The position numbers and the translations under genes are program-made. 62,403 nt of DNA from Chiloscyllium plagiosum (taxonomy: Eukaryota): positions 26,663,688 through 26,726,090 of the forward strand of contig NC_057718.1 of NCBI RefSeq assembly GCF_004010195.1, written 5' to 3'. Positions 1-12,226 of this stretch are shown here, one piece after another. How positions within the stretch are numbered: the stretch's first letter is position 1; every line of letters begins with the position of its first letter. Below the pieces are notes generated by a model, which saw nothing but the letters and a program-made list of their open reading frames with translations, was not told the DNA's origin and did not search any database.

Positions 1-932
1 AGCTGAAAGCATAACGTAAGAGATGGTGTCTCTTTTACTTCTTGTCCAAAGTGGTTTGAAATACACTTCATTCTCTTAAAGCCACAAAGTGATGATTAGA
101 CTTTCACACTGCACTTTCACTCTAACTTGGTGCCTTACACTATGGTTATCCAGCCTGCCTCCCAGCAATTTCTTACATGTACCATCCAAAAATATCATAT
201 TTAACAGCAGGCTCAGATAAGTTCATAGCTAAAATAGCAATCAGGTTCCCATTCATGACAGAGTTCAAATTCTGAAAGCTCAATTTTTATTCTTACAAGA
301 ACCATTATCTGAGCATCTCCCTTTTGCAAATGCTTCAAAAAGCTCTTCTGCTATAATTTTGGTCCCTGTATTTGGACATCCCTTTGATGTTATACTTCCA
401 AATAAATGCTTTGAGACGTTACTTTATGTGAGTAATATTATATAGATTGAAGTTTTCTGGCTCTCATTATAAAAATAAACAAGAAAAGTCATTATAATTA
501 AAGTTCAGAGTGAACATGAAGTATTACTAAACAAATTAAAGAAAAAAAATTCAAAGTTTAATTTAAATATAACATTTCCATCACAGCTAACTCCTTTACT
601 TCAAATAAACTCAAGGCATTTTTCTCAACATTCTTCCATTATTTGGCCATGTAGTCTACTGTTACGAATACCTAATGGGCTCTAACAATGCAATAAATCA
701 TTGTCAATTTGGCTCAGTCACAAAAATGCATCAAATAGAAAAATAGGCTATCCTTTCAAACATCAACCTGTGAAGTGAATGCTGATGAGGAAGCCTGTGC
801 ATTTCTTCCCCACTGGGAAATGGTCTAAACATGGGAAGGAATGAAAAGAATACAAAGACATGTCAACAATAGCCAAAAAGGCAGGCAATATAATACAAAG
901 AAGAACACCGAATTGCTAACTAATTAAATATG

Positions 933-1225
933 AAATCACACATCACCAGGTTATAGTCCAGCAGATTTATTTGAAATCACAAGCTTTGGGGGCATAACCT
1001 ACCTGACGAAGGGGCTACTCTCCAAAAGCTTGTGATTTCAATTAAACTTGTTGGACTATTAACTGGTGTCGTATGACTTCTGACTGAGAATCTCCACAAT
1101 CACCTGATTAAGGAGCAGCACTCCAAAAGCTAGTGCTTCCAAATAAACCTGTTGGACCATAACCTGGTGTTGTATAACCTGTAACTTTGTACACCCCAGT
1201 TCAACACCGGTATCTCCAAATCATG
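933..1225 (+). mobile_element. Penelope-like terminal-repeat relics: a palindromic unit plus a second copy, with decayed hammerhead-like motifs
   Basis: 933-985 is an imperfect inverted repeat of 1022-1083. Motifs CTGACGAaggggctactctccAAAAgct and CTGATTAaggagcagcactccAAAAgct resemble CUGAnGA-stemII-GAAA with GAAA decayed to AAAA. Confidence 0.55.
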
Positions 1226-3869
1226 TTTTTTCTGGGCAGTGTTATACTTTAAAACTGATACCTTTCAGATGCCAAATGCTTCTCTCTTAAAACCAACTTT
1301 TCTGAACTGGAGTGGTTACGTGGCTCAGATTGTGAGTTGCACACTGGAAGATGCCAGCTACAGATTAATTATGCTGCCACCTGACCTCCACAGCAGTAAT
1401 TATTAGCTTTCTATATTGTTGGTTATACACTGACATCAATACACAACTTTAGGTGCCAATATTTCTGGATTAGTTGCCAGTGTTCAAGGAGGTGATGGGC
1501 AAATTTGCCTCAAAATTTCACAAGGACCCATAAAAAGATGGAGGTGGAAAATCGATAACTGATTACACTATTAGTCCTTCGTAAGCTAAACAGGGCTGAA
1601 AAATTGCTGTCATAGATGCTTTGTTGATATTCCGAGAGTACAGAGTTAAGTTGGAGGAGCAGTGAGTATGGGACACAGAAAATTTATGGGGAGCAACTCC
1701 TCCAATCACAAATTCCATCTCTCTTATGGTTATTGCTGTTGTTCTTCCATTGAGAAGTTCCCTCTTCCCAACTCGTACAGCTCCTCTGGAGACAATATCT
1801 ACGATTGAAGTAGCAGGGATAGAGGGAGCCTGACTAGAGGAAATCCAAACTGCAGGGCTCCAGGCAGCTGTCACTCATCCCCATGGTAGCTCAGACCCCT
1901 CCAGGTTCCACCTGCATGGATGGGGTCTGGGATCTTGCTGACTGTTCTATCTTTTCACAATGATAGACTCCGAGTGTGTTTGTATTACTTGATCTTGGAA
2001 AGAATGTTTTAGATGTGGCAACAGATGGAAGGGTGGGGGACCTTGGACTATGTTGGCTGTTCATAAAGGAGCCATATCCAGTAAATGCATGCATAAATTT
2101 GCTAAGTTTCCTCAAATTAATTCCATACTAAAATCTTTTAAGTTTAAAAACTTTAGTAAAAAGAGAACAAGTTTTTATTGACATGCTAGATTCCAAATGG
2201 CATATTTGTGATTGCTTAGAGCTATGTTCTAATTGAGTTCCTTTTATTTTTAATTTCAACATAAATTAATTGTCCCCAACCTGCTCTACTTGAGAATAAA
2301 GCTCCTGTCGTTTATTTATAACAATGGGTACAAAGAACCGTAATTAATGTTCCTTTGATCCATCCAATCTATGGCTAATTAAAGAAAAGATGATCAGGCA
2401 AGAAGCTGACTAGGTTGAAAAATAAAATCACTGAAATGTAAAGTATATACAAATTAAATCATTCATTATCTGATAGTTAGCTGGCTCTTGCAATGCTAAT
2501 TTGTGTTTTATTCCCTTATATAGTTCAACTCTTGGAAGTAATATCCTTATATGCACTTATTTTACTAATTAAACATTACTTCATACATTAAGCATCATAC
2601 CCTTCATGTTAAACTAATATGTATTCCCAAACTTGTATACTTGTAAACTTTCAAAATGGAATAAATTAAAAACTTAAAGAAATATGCTAAGTTGCCTGTA
2701 TCTCCCTTTCCTGTCTTTTTCAGTTGCTGATCCTCCTGCAACACCTTTGTCCTTCACTACTCCTCGTTCCTCCAACTCATCAATCCCATGGCTGCCCTCA
2801 CTATTCTAAGTGGATGGACACATATTTCTCCACAGTTTTGCCATCAGGTAACTTATCAATGTTGAATTACAACATTCTGCTTTGCATTCAATAATATTGC
2901 TCTTCTCAAAAACAGGCCCTTGATTCTTTGGCTGTTAATACAGCAAACTTTGTTTTCAAAATGGCACCTTATGAAGCGGCCTCTCAATAAACCAGCAAAA
3001 ATTATACAGCTGAAATATCGGACATTTACAGTATTATCGTGATCTCTGCAATGTCCAAGTAGTCAGATGTGGGTGAAGTGCGAAGGCCCAAAGCTTCAGC
3101 CTTAAGTTTTACTTAAGATAATGGTGCATTATTATTTAAGTGATTTATGCTGTAAATAAAGTACAACAGTGATGCATATATCCCTGCATTACATTTTTAT
3201 TACACAGTGTGTTTTAACACTGATTATGTGAACCTCTTGATCAACCAGAACATTTGGTCAGCCATTAATTTACTGGTCCCATAGGTGCAACTTAATAAAA
3301 TGTTTGCTGTACTTCATCCTGAGCCATTTCTTTGGCAGTTTTTGTCAGTGGTTGTTTGCCATTGTCTTCCACTGTCAAGTTAGCAAGTTGCAAGTCTAAC
3401 TTAACAAGAATGTGGATTGAAGCTTTTTTTTGGCATTATTCTGAACCACATGCTAGTTTTCAATCTACAGGAGCTAATTGTCCTCTATATTTTGTTCATA
3501 TCTATATTATTTACCATGCCACCCTGCTAGTTCTTAAAAAAACTTGGATATCTGACTCTATTTCTTCATCTAAATCATTCATAACTCTTCCAAGCATTTC
3601 AAGTCTTATGGTACGCCAAACACTAAATTCTTGCTTACATTTTTGGTTAAATTCCAGAAAATTACAATTTTATTTGAAACAACTTTAAGTGAATCACGGT
3701 TTCCAGTGGGAGTCAATAATAAACATTGAGTTAAGCTCTTTCAAATATTTCTCACTCAGGAAAAAAAAAAGCAACGGTTGAAATACTGTGTGGTACATGT
3801 GCAATATTAGCTGAAGTAGCTTACATAACAAAATGCATGACTTAGTATAAAATATGTAAAATACAATAT

Positions 3870-4052
3870 TTTTTAAATGTGTCACTTTTATTGAACAGTG
3901 TCTAGATGGGTATATGAATGGGAAGAGTTTAGAGGGATATGGGCCAATTGTTGACAAATGAGACAAGATTAGTTTAGGATATCTGGTCGGCATAGACAAG
4001 TTAGACGAAAGGGTCTGTTTCTGTGCTGTACATCTCTTGCGACTCTGAGACT
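3870..4052 (+). mobile_element. CR1/HER1-like LINE 3' end
   Basis: gatgggtatatgaatgggaagagtttagagggatatgggcc...ctctgagactct. The same 3' UTR occurs at 22832-23217, 32170-32505 and 35150-35560. Confidence 0.85.
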
Positions 4053-5358
4053 CTACTGTTAGTGACCAGGCTCCATCTAGCGGCAGACATTGGTCAGTTC
4101 AGGGACTTCTGGCACGAGCTGGAGCTAAGGCTGTCAATTTGAACGTGGAGCCAGCAGTTGAGCTGGGAGGGAACAAATCATGGGATGGAGCTGATGCCCA
4201 GGACAGATGCACAACTGGAGAGAAGAAATATTGGGAATCAGGATTGGTGCTGGGGAAAATGGCAAGCTGAGGGCCAAACCTGAGTGCTGGGAGAAAGGTC
4301 AGATGAGAATTAAATTGACTGAAGAGGAAAGCTGTGAAAAACGACGCTCGAGTGAAACTGACAATGTAAAATAGATTTATTATCATTACTTTATTAATGA
4401 AATTAAAACAAAATTATGTTCTGGGGGCAACTTTTATTGAGGTCTTATTGTATATCATCCTTTCTCACTGGAAAACTGGAGAATAACCAGATTCCCTAAT
4501 GTTAGGATAATAACTTTAGACTTTATAGGTGATTTCAAATGCAGCGAATGACTTTAAAAACAGTTTTCAATATTCTAGCAGCCCGTCTTTAAGTATTTTA
4601 ATGCTAGAAAAGGAAGAAATAATACCAGTTTTTTTTTTATGCAGTCAATTTTGTACCTGATCAATAGATTCATTGAGTGCAGGTACTTTTGACATTCATT
4701 TGCATGGAGGTTACATTGCTGCACCATGTTAGATGCAGAGACCAGAAAAGTCATAGAGGAAGGTTTAAGTATAATGTTATTTAGGATTGAAATGGGATAC
4801 AATATTTTCACTCCACTTTTCCTGTGCATCACACACAGGTAGGAAGAAAATTCACCCTAGCTACTTGAACTATAATCAATACCCTGAGAAGCTGGTCGTG
4901 GAAATTTTTCTTAATTCATCACAGTTCTTTGGTTAGTGATTTCCATGATCTTATTAGGTACAAAATCTTGGAATTTGATCCAATGAATTTGTCCAAGTAT
5001 AAAGACCTGTGACCTTGATGGTGACATGAAGATGATGATGATCCCTGCTGCTGCTGCTGCACAGATTTCTCAATGTAGGTATATCAGGAACATGAGAATA
5101 GGAGTAGACTGTTCTGCCCATCAAGCCAGCATTGTCATTCGTGATTACGACGAATAATTTCCTCAAAATAATTTTCCCACATTCTTTCATATCATTAGTC
5201 TTCAGCAACCTGATGATTTCTGACCGGAACTGCTCAATGCTGAACTTCCAGAGCCCAATGGTATAGAAACTTTGAAAGATTCACCAGTCTCTGAGTGAAG
5301 GAATTGCTTCTCACCTGAGTCTTAAACAGTCTGCCACTTATTCTGAGAATATGTCCCC

Positions 5359-6066
5359 TATTTTTTAACAAAGTGCTTAGTCCTAGATTCTTCTGAACCA
5401 AAAATAAAGCTAATGGCCTTAAACGCTTGCTTTACCTTCTCATAAAGCTGGTTTCTTCTTTCTAAAAGCTGTTCCTTTTCTCAAGGATACTCTATTCTCG
5501 GTTTTGTCAGAGGGGCAATAAACCACTCTCGGTGCCGATTTGTCTCTCTTGATACAGAGATTAAAGAGTATTGAGAGGCCTTTTTGTTTATATGTAAACA
5601 GATGAGACTTCAGGCCAAATTGGTCATGTTTTAGAAGTGATCTGTATAATGAAAGGGGAGTGGTCAGCTCTCTAGCTGAGCAGTTTAGTTAAGTCCAGAA
5701 CTGGTTGAAAGTTCAACAGTGAGCTGTGTGGAAACTCCATCTTCTGCCCTTCTAACTTCAACCTATAATCATCTGACCCTTTTTTTGTACTGTGTTTTAA
5801 AGGGGTTTTGTTTATGGAAGTGTTGTGTATATTTGGAAGAGCATACTTAAGTCTAGTTTGGATAGATTACGTTCTGTAGGGGTTCTTTGTTCTGTTCTTC
5901 ATGTTTCATTGTGTAATTTTGTGAATGAATTTTTAATCTGTTTTAAACCGCTCAATCTTGCTAATTTATTCTGGGTAATTTTCACTGTATACTTACCAAG
6001 ACAAATTGCAAAGTTATGGGCTGCCTGCTTAAGAATGTTTTGAGTGGGCTGGCCTTGTCCATAACA
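5359..6066 (+). mobile_element. Gypsy-type LTR (5' LTR; left boundary uncertain)
   Basis: Ends ...ggccttgtccataaCA directly before a PBS. Its 3' end is homologous to the reverse complement of 36632-36710. Confidence 0.75.
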
Positions 6067-6069
6067 GCT

Positions 6070-6087
6070 TGGGGGCTCGTCCGGGAT
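6070..6087 (+). promoter_or_regulatory. Primer-binding site complementary to tRNA-Pro
   Basis: TGGGGGCTCGTCCGGGAT is the 18-nt complement of the tRNA-Pro 3' end and lies 3 nt after the LTR-terminal CA. Confidence 0.9.
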
Positions 6088-6165
6088 TTTAAACAGCAAG
6101 TGGTAGATGCTATTGTCTTTATTTCAGGTGTTGGTTTGGTTTGATAGACAAAGCTTGGGATAGTA

Positions 6166-6441
6166 ATGGCTCTTTCAGTCGCTAGAAGGTTTCTGGATAT
6201 GAATGCGGTGACTTCGGAAATTTTGCAAAAAGTGAATAAGACCAAGCTGCAGGAGTTAGCAGACAAGCTGGAATTGGAGCCACCTGCTTCTGTGAGGAAA
6301 GGAGAGATAATTATAGCAATAGCTCAGCATTTAAATTTGCTGGGGAAACCATCAGAATCTATAGAGATGGCAAGAATTCAATTGCAAATGAGGCAGTTTG
6401 AGTTACAGGCGAGAGCGAAGGAAAGGGCAGCAGAAATGTAA
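6166..6441 (+). pseudogene. Truncated Gypsy gag N-terminus
   Basis: ORF MALSVARRFLDMNAVTSEILQKVNKTKLQELADKLELE...IAIAQHLNL follows LTR+PBS, runs into an E/R-rich coiled-coil start, then stops prematurely. Confidence 0.7.
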
Positions 6442-6524
6442 CAGACTAAAAGCAGAAGAGAGGGAAAGAAAGAGAGCAGCAGAACAGAGAGAATATTTTG
6501 AGTTGTCTGGCCTAGTCCATAACA

Positions 6525-6839
6525 ATCTGTAGTCCATGAACATTTCTTGCCTTTTCAAAAATTTATTAAAGGACCTACTAGTCTGCTGAAGTTTGGAACA
6601 AACTTCCAACATAATCCACTCATGCTAATATATCACAGGATTTCATGTTTCATTTTAGGCATTTGAAATCCAAATTAGCTCTTATTTTTACTTCTCGGGG
6701 TGTTACTTGGCCTTGTCCCACCGTGTGGCCCAATTAAGTCACTTTGGCACTTCCATTTTTTGTGAAATATATAAGCAAATTAGGTGTTTGTAAGCAAACA
6801 AGTAAGTCAAATGGTGTAAGTGTTCTTTCCAGCTTTATC
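6525..6839 (-). mobile_element. Decayed Gypsy pol (RT C-terminal part), continuation of 7700-8480
   Basis: Minus-strand fragments VT*LGHTVGQGQVTPREVK and RKFVPNFSRLVGPL match the Gypsy RT motifs VxYLGHxVG and YRKFVPNFS. Confidence 0.7.
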
Positions 6840-7698
6840 TGAAACAAAGGAGGGTGGTGGTAGAGGATTGCTTTTCAACCTGGAGGTAGGTGACCAGTGG
6901 TGTGCCACAATGATCAGTGTTGAGCAAATTACTTTTCGTTATTTATATAAACAATTTGGATGTGAACACAGGAGGCACAGTTAGAAAGTTTGTAGATGAC
7001 ACCAAAATTGGAGCTGTAGTGGACAGCGAAGAAGGTTACCTCAGAGTATAATAGGCCCTTGATCCATGGGGCTGAGGAGTGGCAGACAAAGTTTAATTTA
7101 GATAAATGTGAGGTGCTGCATTTTGGAAAGGCAAATCGGGGCAGGACTTATAGACTTAATGGTAAGATCCTGGGGAGTGTTGCTGAACAAAGAGACATTG
7201 GAGTGAAGGTTCATAATTCTCTGAAAGTGAAGTTGCAGGTAGACAGGGCAATAAAGAAGGCATGTAGTATGCTTTCATTTATTGGTCAGAGATTTGAGTA
7301 TAGGAGTTGGGAGGTCATGTTGCAGCTGTACAGGACGTTGGTTAGGCCACTTTTGGAATACTGTGTGCAATTCTGGTCTCCCTCCTATCGGAAGGATGTT
7401 GTGAAATTTGAAAGGGTTCAGAAACGATTCACAAAGATGTTGCCAGGGTTGGAGGGTTTGAGCTATAGGGAGAGGCTGAGGAGGCTGGAGCTGTTTTCCT
7501 TGGAGCGTTGGAGGCTGAGGGGTGACATTACAAAGGTTTATAAAATTGTGAGGAGCATGGGTAAGATAAATAGACAAGGTCTTTTCCCAGGAGCGTGGGA
7601 GTTCAGAACTAGAAGGCATGGTTTAAGATGAGAGGAGAAAGATTTAAAAGGGACATAAGGGGCAACTTTTTCACGCAGAGAGTGGTGCATGTATGGAA
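6840..7698 (+). mobile_element. CR1-clade LINE ORF2 (RT C-terminal) fragment
   Basis: FVDDTK motif at about 6989. ORF 7059-7631 contains WQTKFNLDKCEVLHFG and LYRTLVRPLLEYCVQFWSP. Confidence 0.92.
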
Positions 7699-7699
7699 A

Positions 7700-8480
7700 G
7701 TTATTTCATGTTGCTAGTTAATAAAACTGGCCAATATCCTTCTTAGCAAATCACCTTTGTCGACAGGTCTTGTATATCCAATTTGTTCAATGCAGTCCTC
7801 CAATCTTGGAGTAGGCTATGAGTCTGCTTTTATTACTGTGATGTCTTTGTGATAATAAATACAGAATCACTGAGACCCATCCAGAACTGCTCCAAGACAG
7901 GACTGCTCCAGCTACTTTGACTCAGTTCACAAATGTCATTGTCCATCATGAATTTCATTTCTTCCCTCACTTGTGTTAATTTCTCTGGAATGAGTCATTA
8001 AGGTTGGTGTTTTCCCCTACAATGAAATAACATACAGCCAAAGATATTTGTCCTTGACTGTTCACATACATCAATGTGAGTCTGTATTAGTGTTTAAAGT
8101 TATGTTGATTGTTTTCTGGAATAAGCACAATATTTCTTCTAACCTTTTAAGCACATCCAATTTAACCAATGGAGGATCAACATTTGAATTTTCAATTTCA
8201 GATTCATTCTCCAATTTTTCTGATATTTGTTACTTCTTTCACTGCCATACATGAACTTTCTCCTGACTTTCCTTAAGATATCTATTCAAGATATCAACAA
8301 GACATACTTGCTGATTCTTTCTCATATCTGAAGTACTCACTATATAACGCACATACTTTCAATTTGATAAGGTGCAGTGAACATTTTCCCAGAAACAGAT
8401 AATAAATCTAACACCTTTACTCCAGCAACAAAGTCTCAAACTTTAGACTTTTCATCTATTGTAGTTTTCATTGTTTGTTG
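7700..8480 (-). mobile_element. Decayed Gypsy pol: integrase C-terminal (GPY/F-like) region followed by RT start
   Basis: Minus strand reads DFVAGVKVLDLL...APYQIE...YIVSTSDMRKNQQVC, then ADS*PTPRLEDCIEQIG (cf. DSYPIPRIEDCI). Confidence 0.65.
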
Positions 8481-8499
8481 AGCACTCTTGAAATGGTTT

Positions 8500-8860
8500 T
8501 TGGTCAACTCATACACTTTGATCAATTTTTCTCTGACAGCTATTCACTGGTACAGTTCTCAAGCCAATGCGGCAACCTGCCTGTTTTAAAATGTAACCAA
8601 AGCCTAGCAATTAATTGTCTGTCAGCCTCAACTGGTACATTCTCTTGGTATACACCTTTACTAATCAGAATGCAATTGCCAACCAATCTACACTTCTCTG
8701 TTTTACAATGGAAATGTTGGGATTATCCTTGAATTTGTATTCTTGTGAATTACCCTGATGAATAAATGATAAAAAGCTTCTACAAAATATCTTTATTCTC
8801 AGCAATACTCAAGTACTGAAGTATTGCTGAGAAAAGACATATTTCATCAGGATATAACCT
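8500..8860 (+). mobile_element. Penelope-like terminal-repeat relic
   Basis: Similar to 15540-15790 and 33340-33600. Contains a decayed CTGATGA...aaaagctt motif at about 8755-8780 and a short inverted tail. Confidence 0.55.
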
Positions 8861-8880
8861 GTACATCATGTACCAGAACT

Positions 8881-9132
8881 GGGCAGCACGGTGGCTCAAT
8901 GTTTAGCACTGTTGCCTCACTGTGCTAGGGGCCTGGGTTCGATTCCTGTCTCAGGCGACAGTCTGCGTGGAGTTTGCACATTCTTCCTGTGTCTGCATGG
9001 GTTTCCTCCAGGTTAAATTGCCCATAGTGTTAGGTGCATTGGTCAGAGGGAAATGGGTCTGGGTGGGTTACTCTTCGGGTGTGGACTTATTGGGATGAAG
9101 GGCCTGTTTCCACACTGTAGGGAATCTAATCT
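8881..9132 (+). mobile_element. HE1-type tRNA-derived SINE (internally deleted)
   Basis: gggcagcacggtggctcaatgtttagcact...gggttcgattcc (A/B boxes), core gtggagtttgcacattct, and a taatct tail. Confidence 0.85.
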
Positions 9133-9299
9133 ATGTGCCACGGAACCAGTCCCAATGCCTCAGAAATCAGATAGCCTTACTCCTGTACTGATTTTCCAGT
9201 CATATCTTCAATCACTCAATTCTTCTATTTCTATTTTCACTGGCACGTGGAACTGGGAATAATGCTGATATTATTGCTTTAGAGATTGTGCTTTAAAAC

Positions 9300-9900
9300 C
9301 TCCTACTTAATTCCTTCAAATCTACATTTAAGATCTCATTATACACATCGTTGGTACTGACATGGCTGACTGATCACCCTCCCCTAGAAGAATGTACTGC
9401 AGTCATTCTGTGATCATCCTTGACCCTTGTACCAGGAAAGAGACAAATCATTCTGTAGTCACATTTATGGTTGCAAAAGTTTCTGTCTACTCTTTCTTCA
9501 TTAAAGAATCTCTCATCCCCTCCTCTTTGTATTCCCCTATTGTATAGCTGAGCCACTTGTGGTAACACTGAATTTAGTCTGACTACACTCCTCTGAGGAA
9601 ATACTGCCCTCATCAGAATGCAAAACAAAAAATAATCATGTGAAATCACCTCAGGGGACTATAACACCACCTGGTTTTCCTGAATTGCATGGCGGACCTG
9701 CATTCCTTAGCTGGCTGCATTTCCCTAAGCCACAATGTGACCATCTCCCTAAACATGCTATCCACATAGCCCCCTGCCTTGTGAATAGACACTGGTGACT
9801 CCAGTAGTTCTTGGATTATGATATCTGCAGCTCAAGTGTTTACAGATGGTGACACTTCCTGCTGATGTGTTTGTCTCAGACAAATGAAATATCCATGACT
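9300..9900 (-). mobile_element. Decayed CR1 ORF1 (esterase) region
   Basis: Minus strand contains C-L-F-P-G-T-R-V-K-D and S-T-N-D-V (GTND-like), paralleling 19455-19950. Confidence 0.5.
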
Positions 9901-10661
9901 TTGCACAGATTACACATTCAACTCAACTCAGATGTCCTGTTTTATGTTTCTCGTGCCATTACTTATTACAAGTAGAATAGCTTATCTGTTGCTCACCAAC
10001 AGCTCCTTCCACTGCACTGAAGTAGGAGCCAAATATGAGACAGCGAAGAAGGTAAATAAAGTATCTCCTCCCCTTTTTTGAATCCATTATTAATTGAACT
10101 CAGTCAGCCTGAAATCTGCAATCTGCACACTGCACAAAGACCTGTATAGTTATGCGCTTTGTAGCACAGAATTAGACTGAATTCTGTTACCTAATTAACT
10201 AATCAGCTACTCTTCAGTAGAACTTACTTACTTTAATTCATGACTGTTAAAAACTAGCTGGCTTTGGACCAAACTTTTCCAAAGTTATTGATACGTAGTA
10301 ACTCAATACATTACAAAACTCTTTGAAATCTGCATTTCACAGCACAGATAGAAGATTGGCTGACTAACAGGAAGCAGATGATCAGCATACATGGCTCCTT
10401 TTTAGGTTGGCAAGGTGTTACAAGTCACAAAGGTCGGTCCTGAGACCTCAAATGTTTACAATTCACATAAGTATTTTTGATGAAGGGACTGAAGTAATGA
10501 TTGCTAAGCTTGCTGATGACACAAAGAAGGAAAGTAAGTTGGGAAGAGAACAAGAACATTGCAAAGGTCAAGTGTGTGGGCAAAGTTTTGGAAAATGACA
10601 TGTAATATGGAAATTATCCATTTGTGGCAGCAAGAACAAAAGAAAAATTACTTACATGGCG

Positions 10662-12226
10662 TATTAGAGATGTACAGCACGGAAACAGACTCTTCGGTCC
10701 AACTTGACCATGCCAACTAAATTAACCTAGTCCCATTTGCCAGCTCTTGGCCGATAGCCCTCTAAACCCTTCCTATTCATATAGCCATCCAAATGCCTTT
10801 TAAATGTTGTAACTGTACCAGCCTCCACCATTTCCTCTGGCAGCTCATTCCATACACGCACCACCCTCTACGTGAAAAGGTTGCCTCTTAGGTCCCTTTT
10901 ATATCCTTCCCCTCCCATAAACCTATGCCCTCGAGTTCTGGACTCCTCCACCCCAGAGACAAAAACCTTGTCTATCTACCCTGTCCATGGCCCCTCATGA
11001 TTTAATAAACCTCTATAAGGTCACCCCTCAGCCTCTGACACTCCAGGAAAAACAGCCCCAGCCTGGTGGCACGGTGGCACAGTGGTTAGCACTGCTGCCT
11101 TACAGTGCCAGAGACCCGGGTTCAATTCCCGCCTCAGGCAACTCTCTGTGTGGAGTTTGCACATTCTCCCCATGTCTGCGTGGGTTTGCTCCGGTTTCCT
11201 CCCACAATCCAAAAATGTGCAGGTCAAGTGAATTGGCCATGCTAAATTGCCCGTGGTGTTAGGTGTAGGGGAATGGGTCTGGGTGGGCGGCGGGTCGGTG
11301 TGGACTGGTTGGGTCGAACGGCCTGTTTCCACACTGTAAGTAAGTAATCTAGTCTATTCAGCCTCTCCCTAAAGTTCAAACCTGGCAACATCCTTGTACA
11401 TCTTTTCTGAACACTTTCAAATTTCACAACATCCTTCCATAGGAGGAAGACCAGAATTGCATACAATATTCCAAAAGTACCCTAACCAATGTCCTGTACA
11501 GCTGTAACATGACCTACCAACTCCTATACTCAATGCTCTGATCAATAAATGAAAGCATACTAGGTGCCTTCTTCACTATCCTATCTACCAGCGATTCCAT
11601 TTTCAAGGAGCTATGAACCTGCATTCCAAGGTCTCTTTGTTTAGCAATACTCCCTAGGACCTTACCATTAAGTGTATAAGTCCTGCCCCGATTTGCCTTT
11701 TCAAAATGCAGCACCTCACATTTATCTGAATTAATCTCCATCTGCCACTCCTCAGCCCACTGGCCCATCTAATCAAGATCACGTTGTACTCTGAGATAGC
11801 CTTCTTCGCTGTCCACTACACCTCCAATTTTGGTACCATTTGCAAACTTACTAACTATACCTCCTATCTTTACATCCAAATCATTTATATAAATGATGAA
11901 AAGCAGTGGACCCAGCATCGATTCTTGTGACACAGCACTGGTAACAGGCCTCCAGTCTGAAAAGCAACCATCCACCACCATCCTCTGTCTTCTACCTTTA
12001 AGGCTAGATGTCCCTATAATTCATGTGATCTAACCTTGCTAACCAGTCTACTATGAGGAACCTTGTGAACGCATTACTGAAGTCCATATAGATCATGTCC
12101 ATCGCTCTGCCCTCATCAATCCTCTTTGTCATTTCTTAAAAAAACTCAATCAGGTTAGTGAGACATGATTTCCCATGCACAAAGCCATGTTGACTACCCC
12201 GATCAGTCTTTGCCTTTCCAAATACA
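10662..12226 (-). mobile_element. CR1/HER1-like LINE 3' portion (RT and 3' UTR), interrupted by a SINE
   Basis: Minus ORFs 11514-11981 (WAEEWQMEINSDKCEVLHF; LGPLLFIIYINDLD) plus 3' UTR. Close inverted homolog of 6840-7698. Confidence 0.92.
11064..11352 (+). mobile_element. HE1-type SINE, full length
   Basis: ggtggcacggtggcacagtggttagcactgctgcc...gggttcaattcccg...ctgtaagtaagtaatct. Inserted inside the CR1 with agcct/agtct flanks. Confidence 0.92.

Noticed and set aside
297..365. Possible further CLIP4 exon (minus, 69 nt, phase 1/1, GTKIIAEELFEAFAKGRCSDNGS, donor gtaaga)
   Set aside because: The acceptor lacks a pyrimidine tract, and the peptide does not resemble the expected next CLIP4 exon (GFRRSFST...-like as recalled).
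1563..2115. Two minus-strand ORFs (103 and 74 aa)
   Set aside because: No recognisable motifs or convincing splice sites; probably a decayed repeat that I cannot classify.
10987..11332. Recurrent peptides such as MDCGRKPEHPEETHA and GGTVAQWLALLP (also at 23460-23787 and 41086-41438)
   Set aside because: Translations of HE1 SINE copies, not a protein family.
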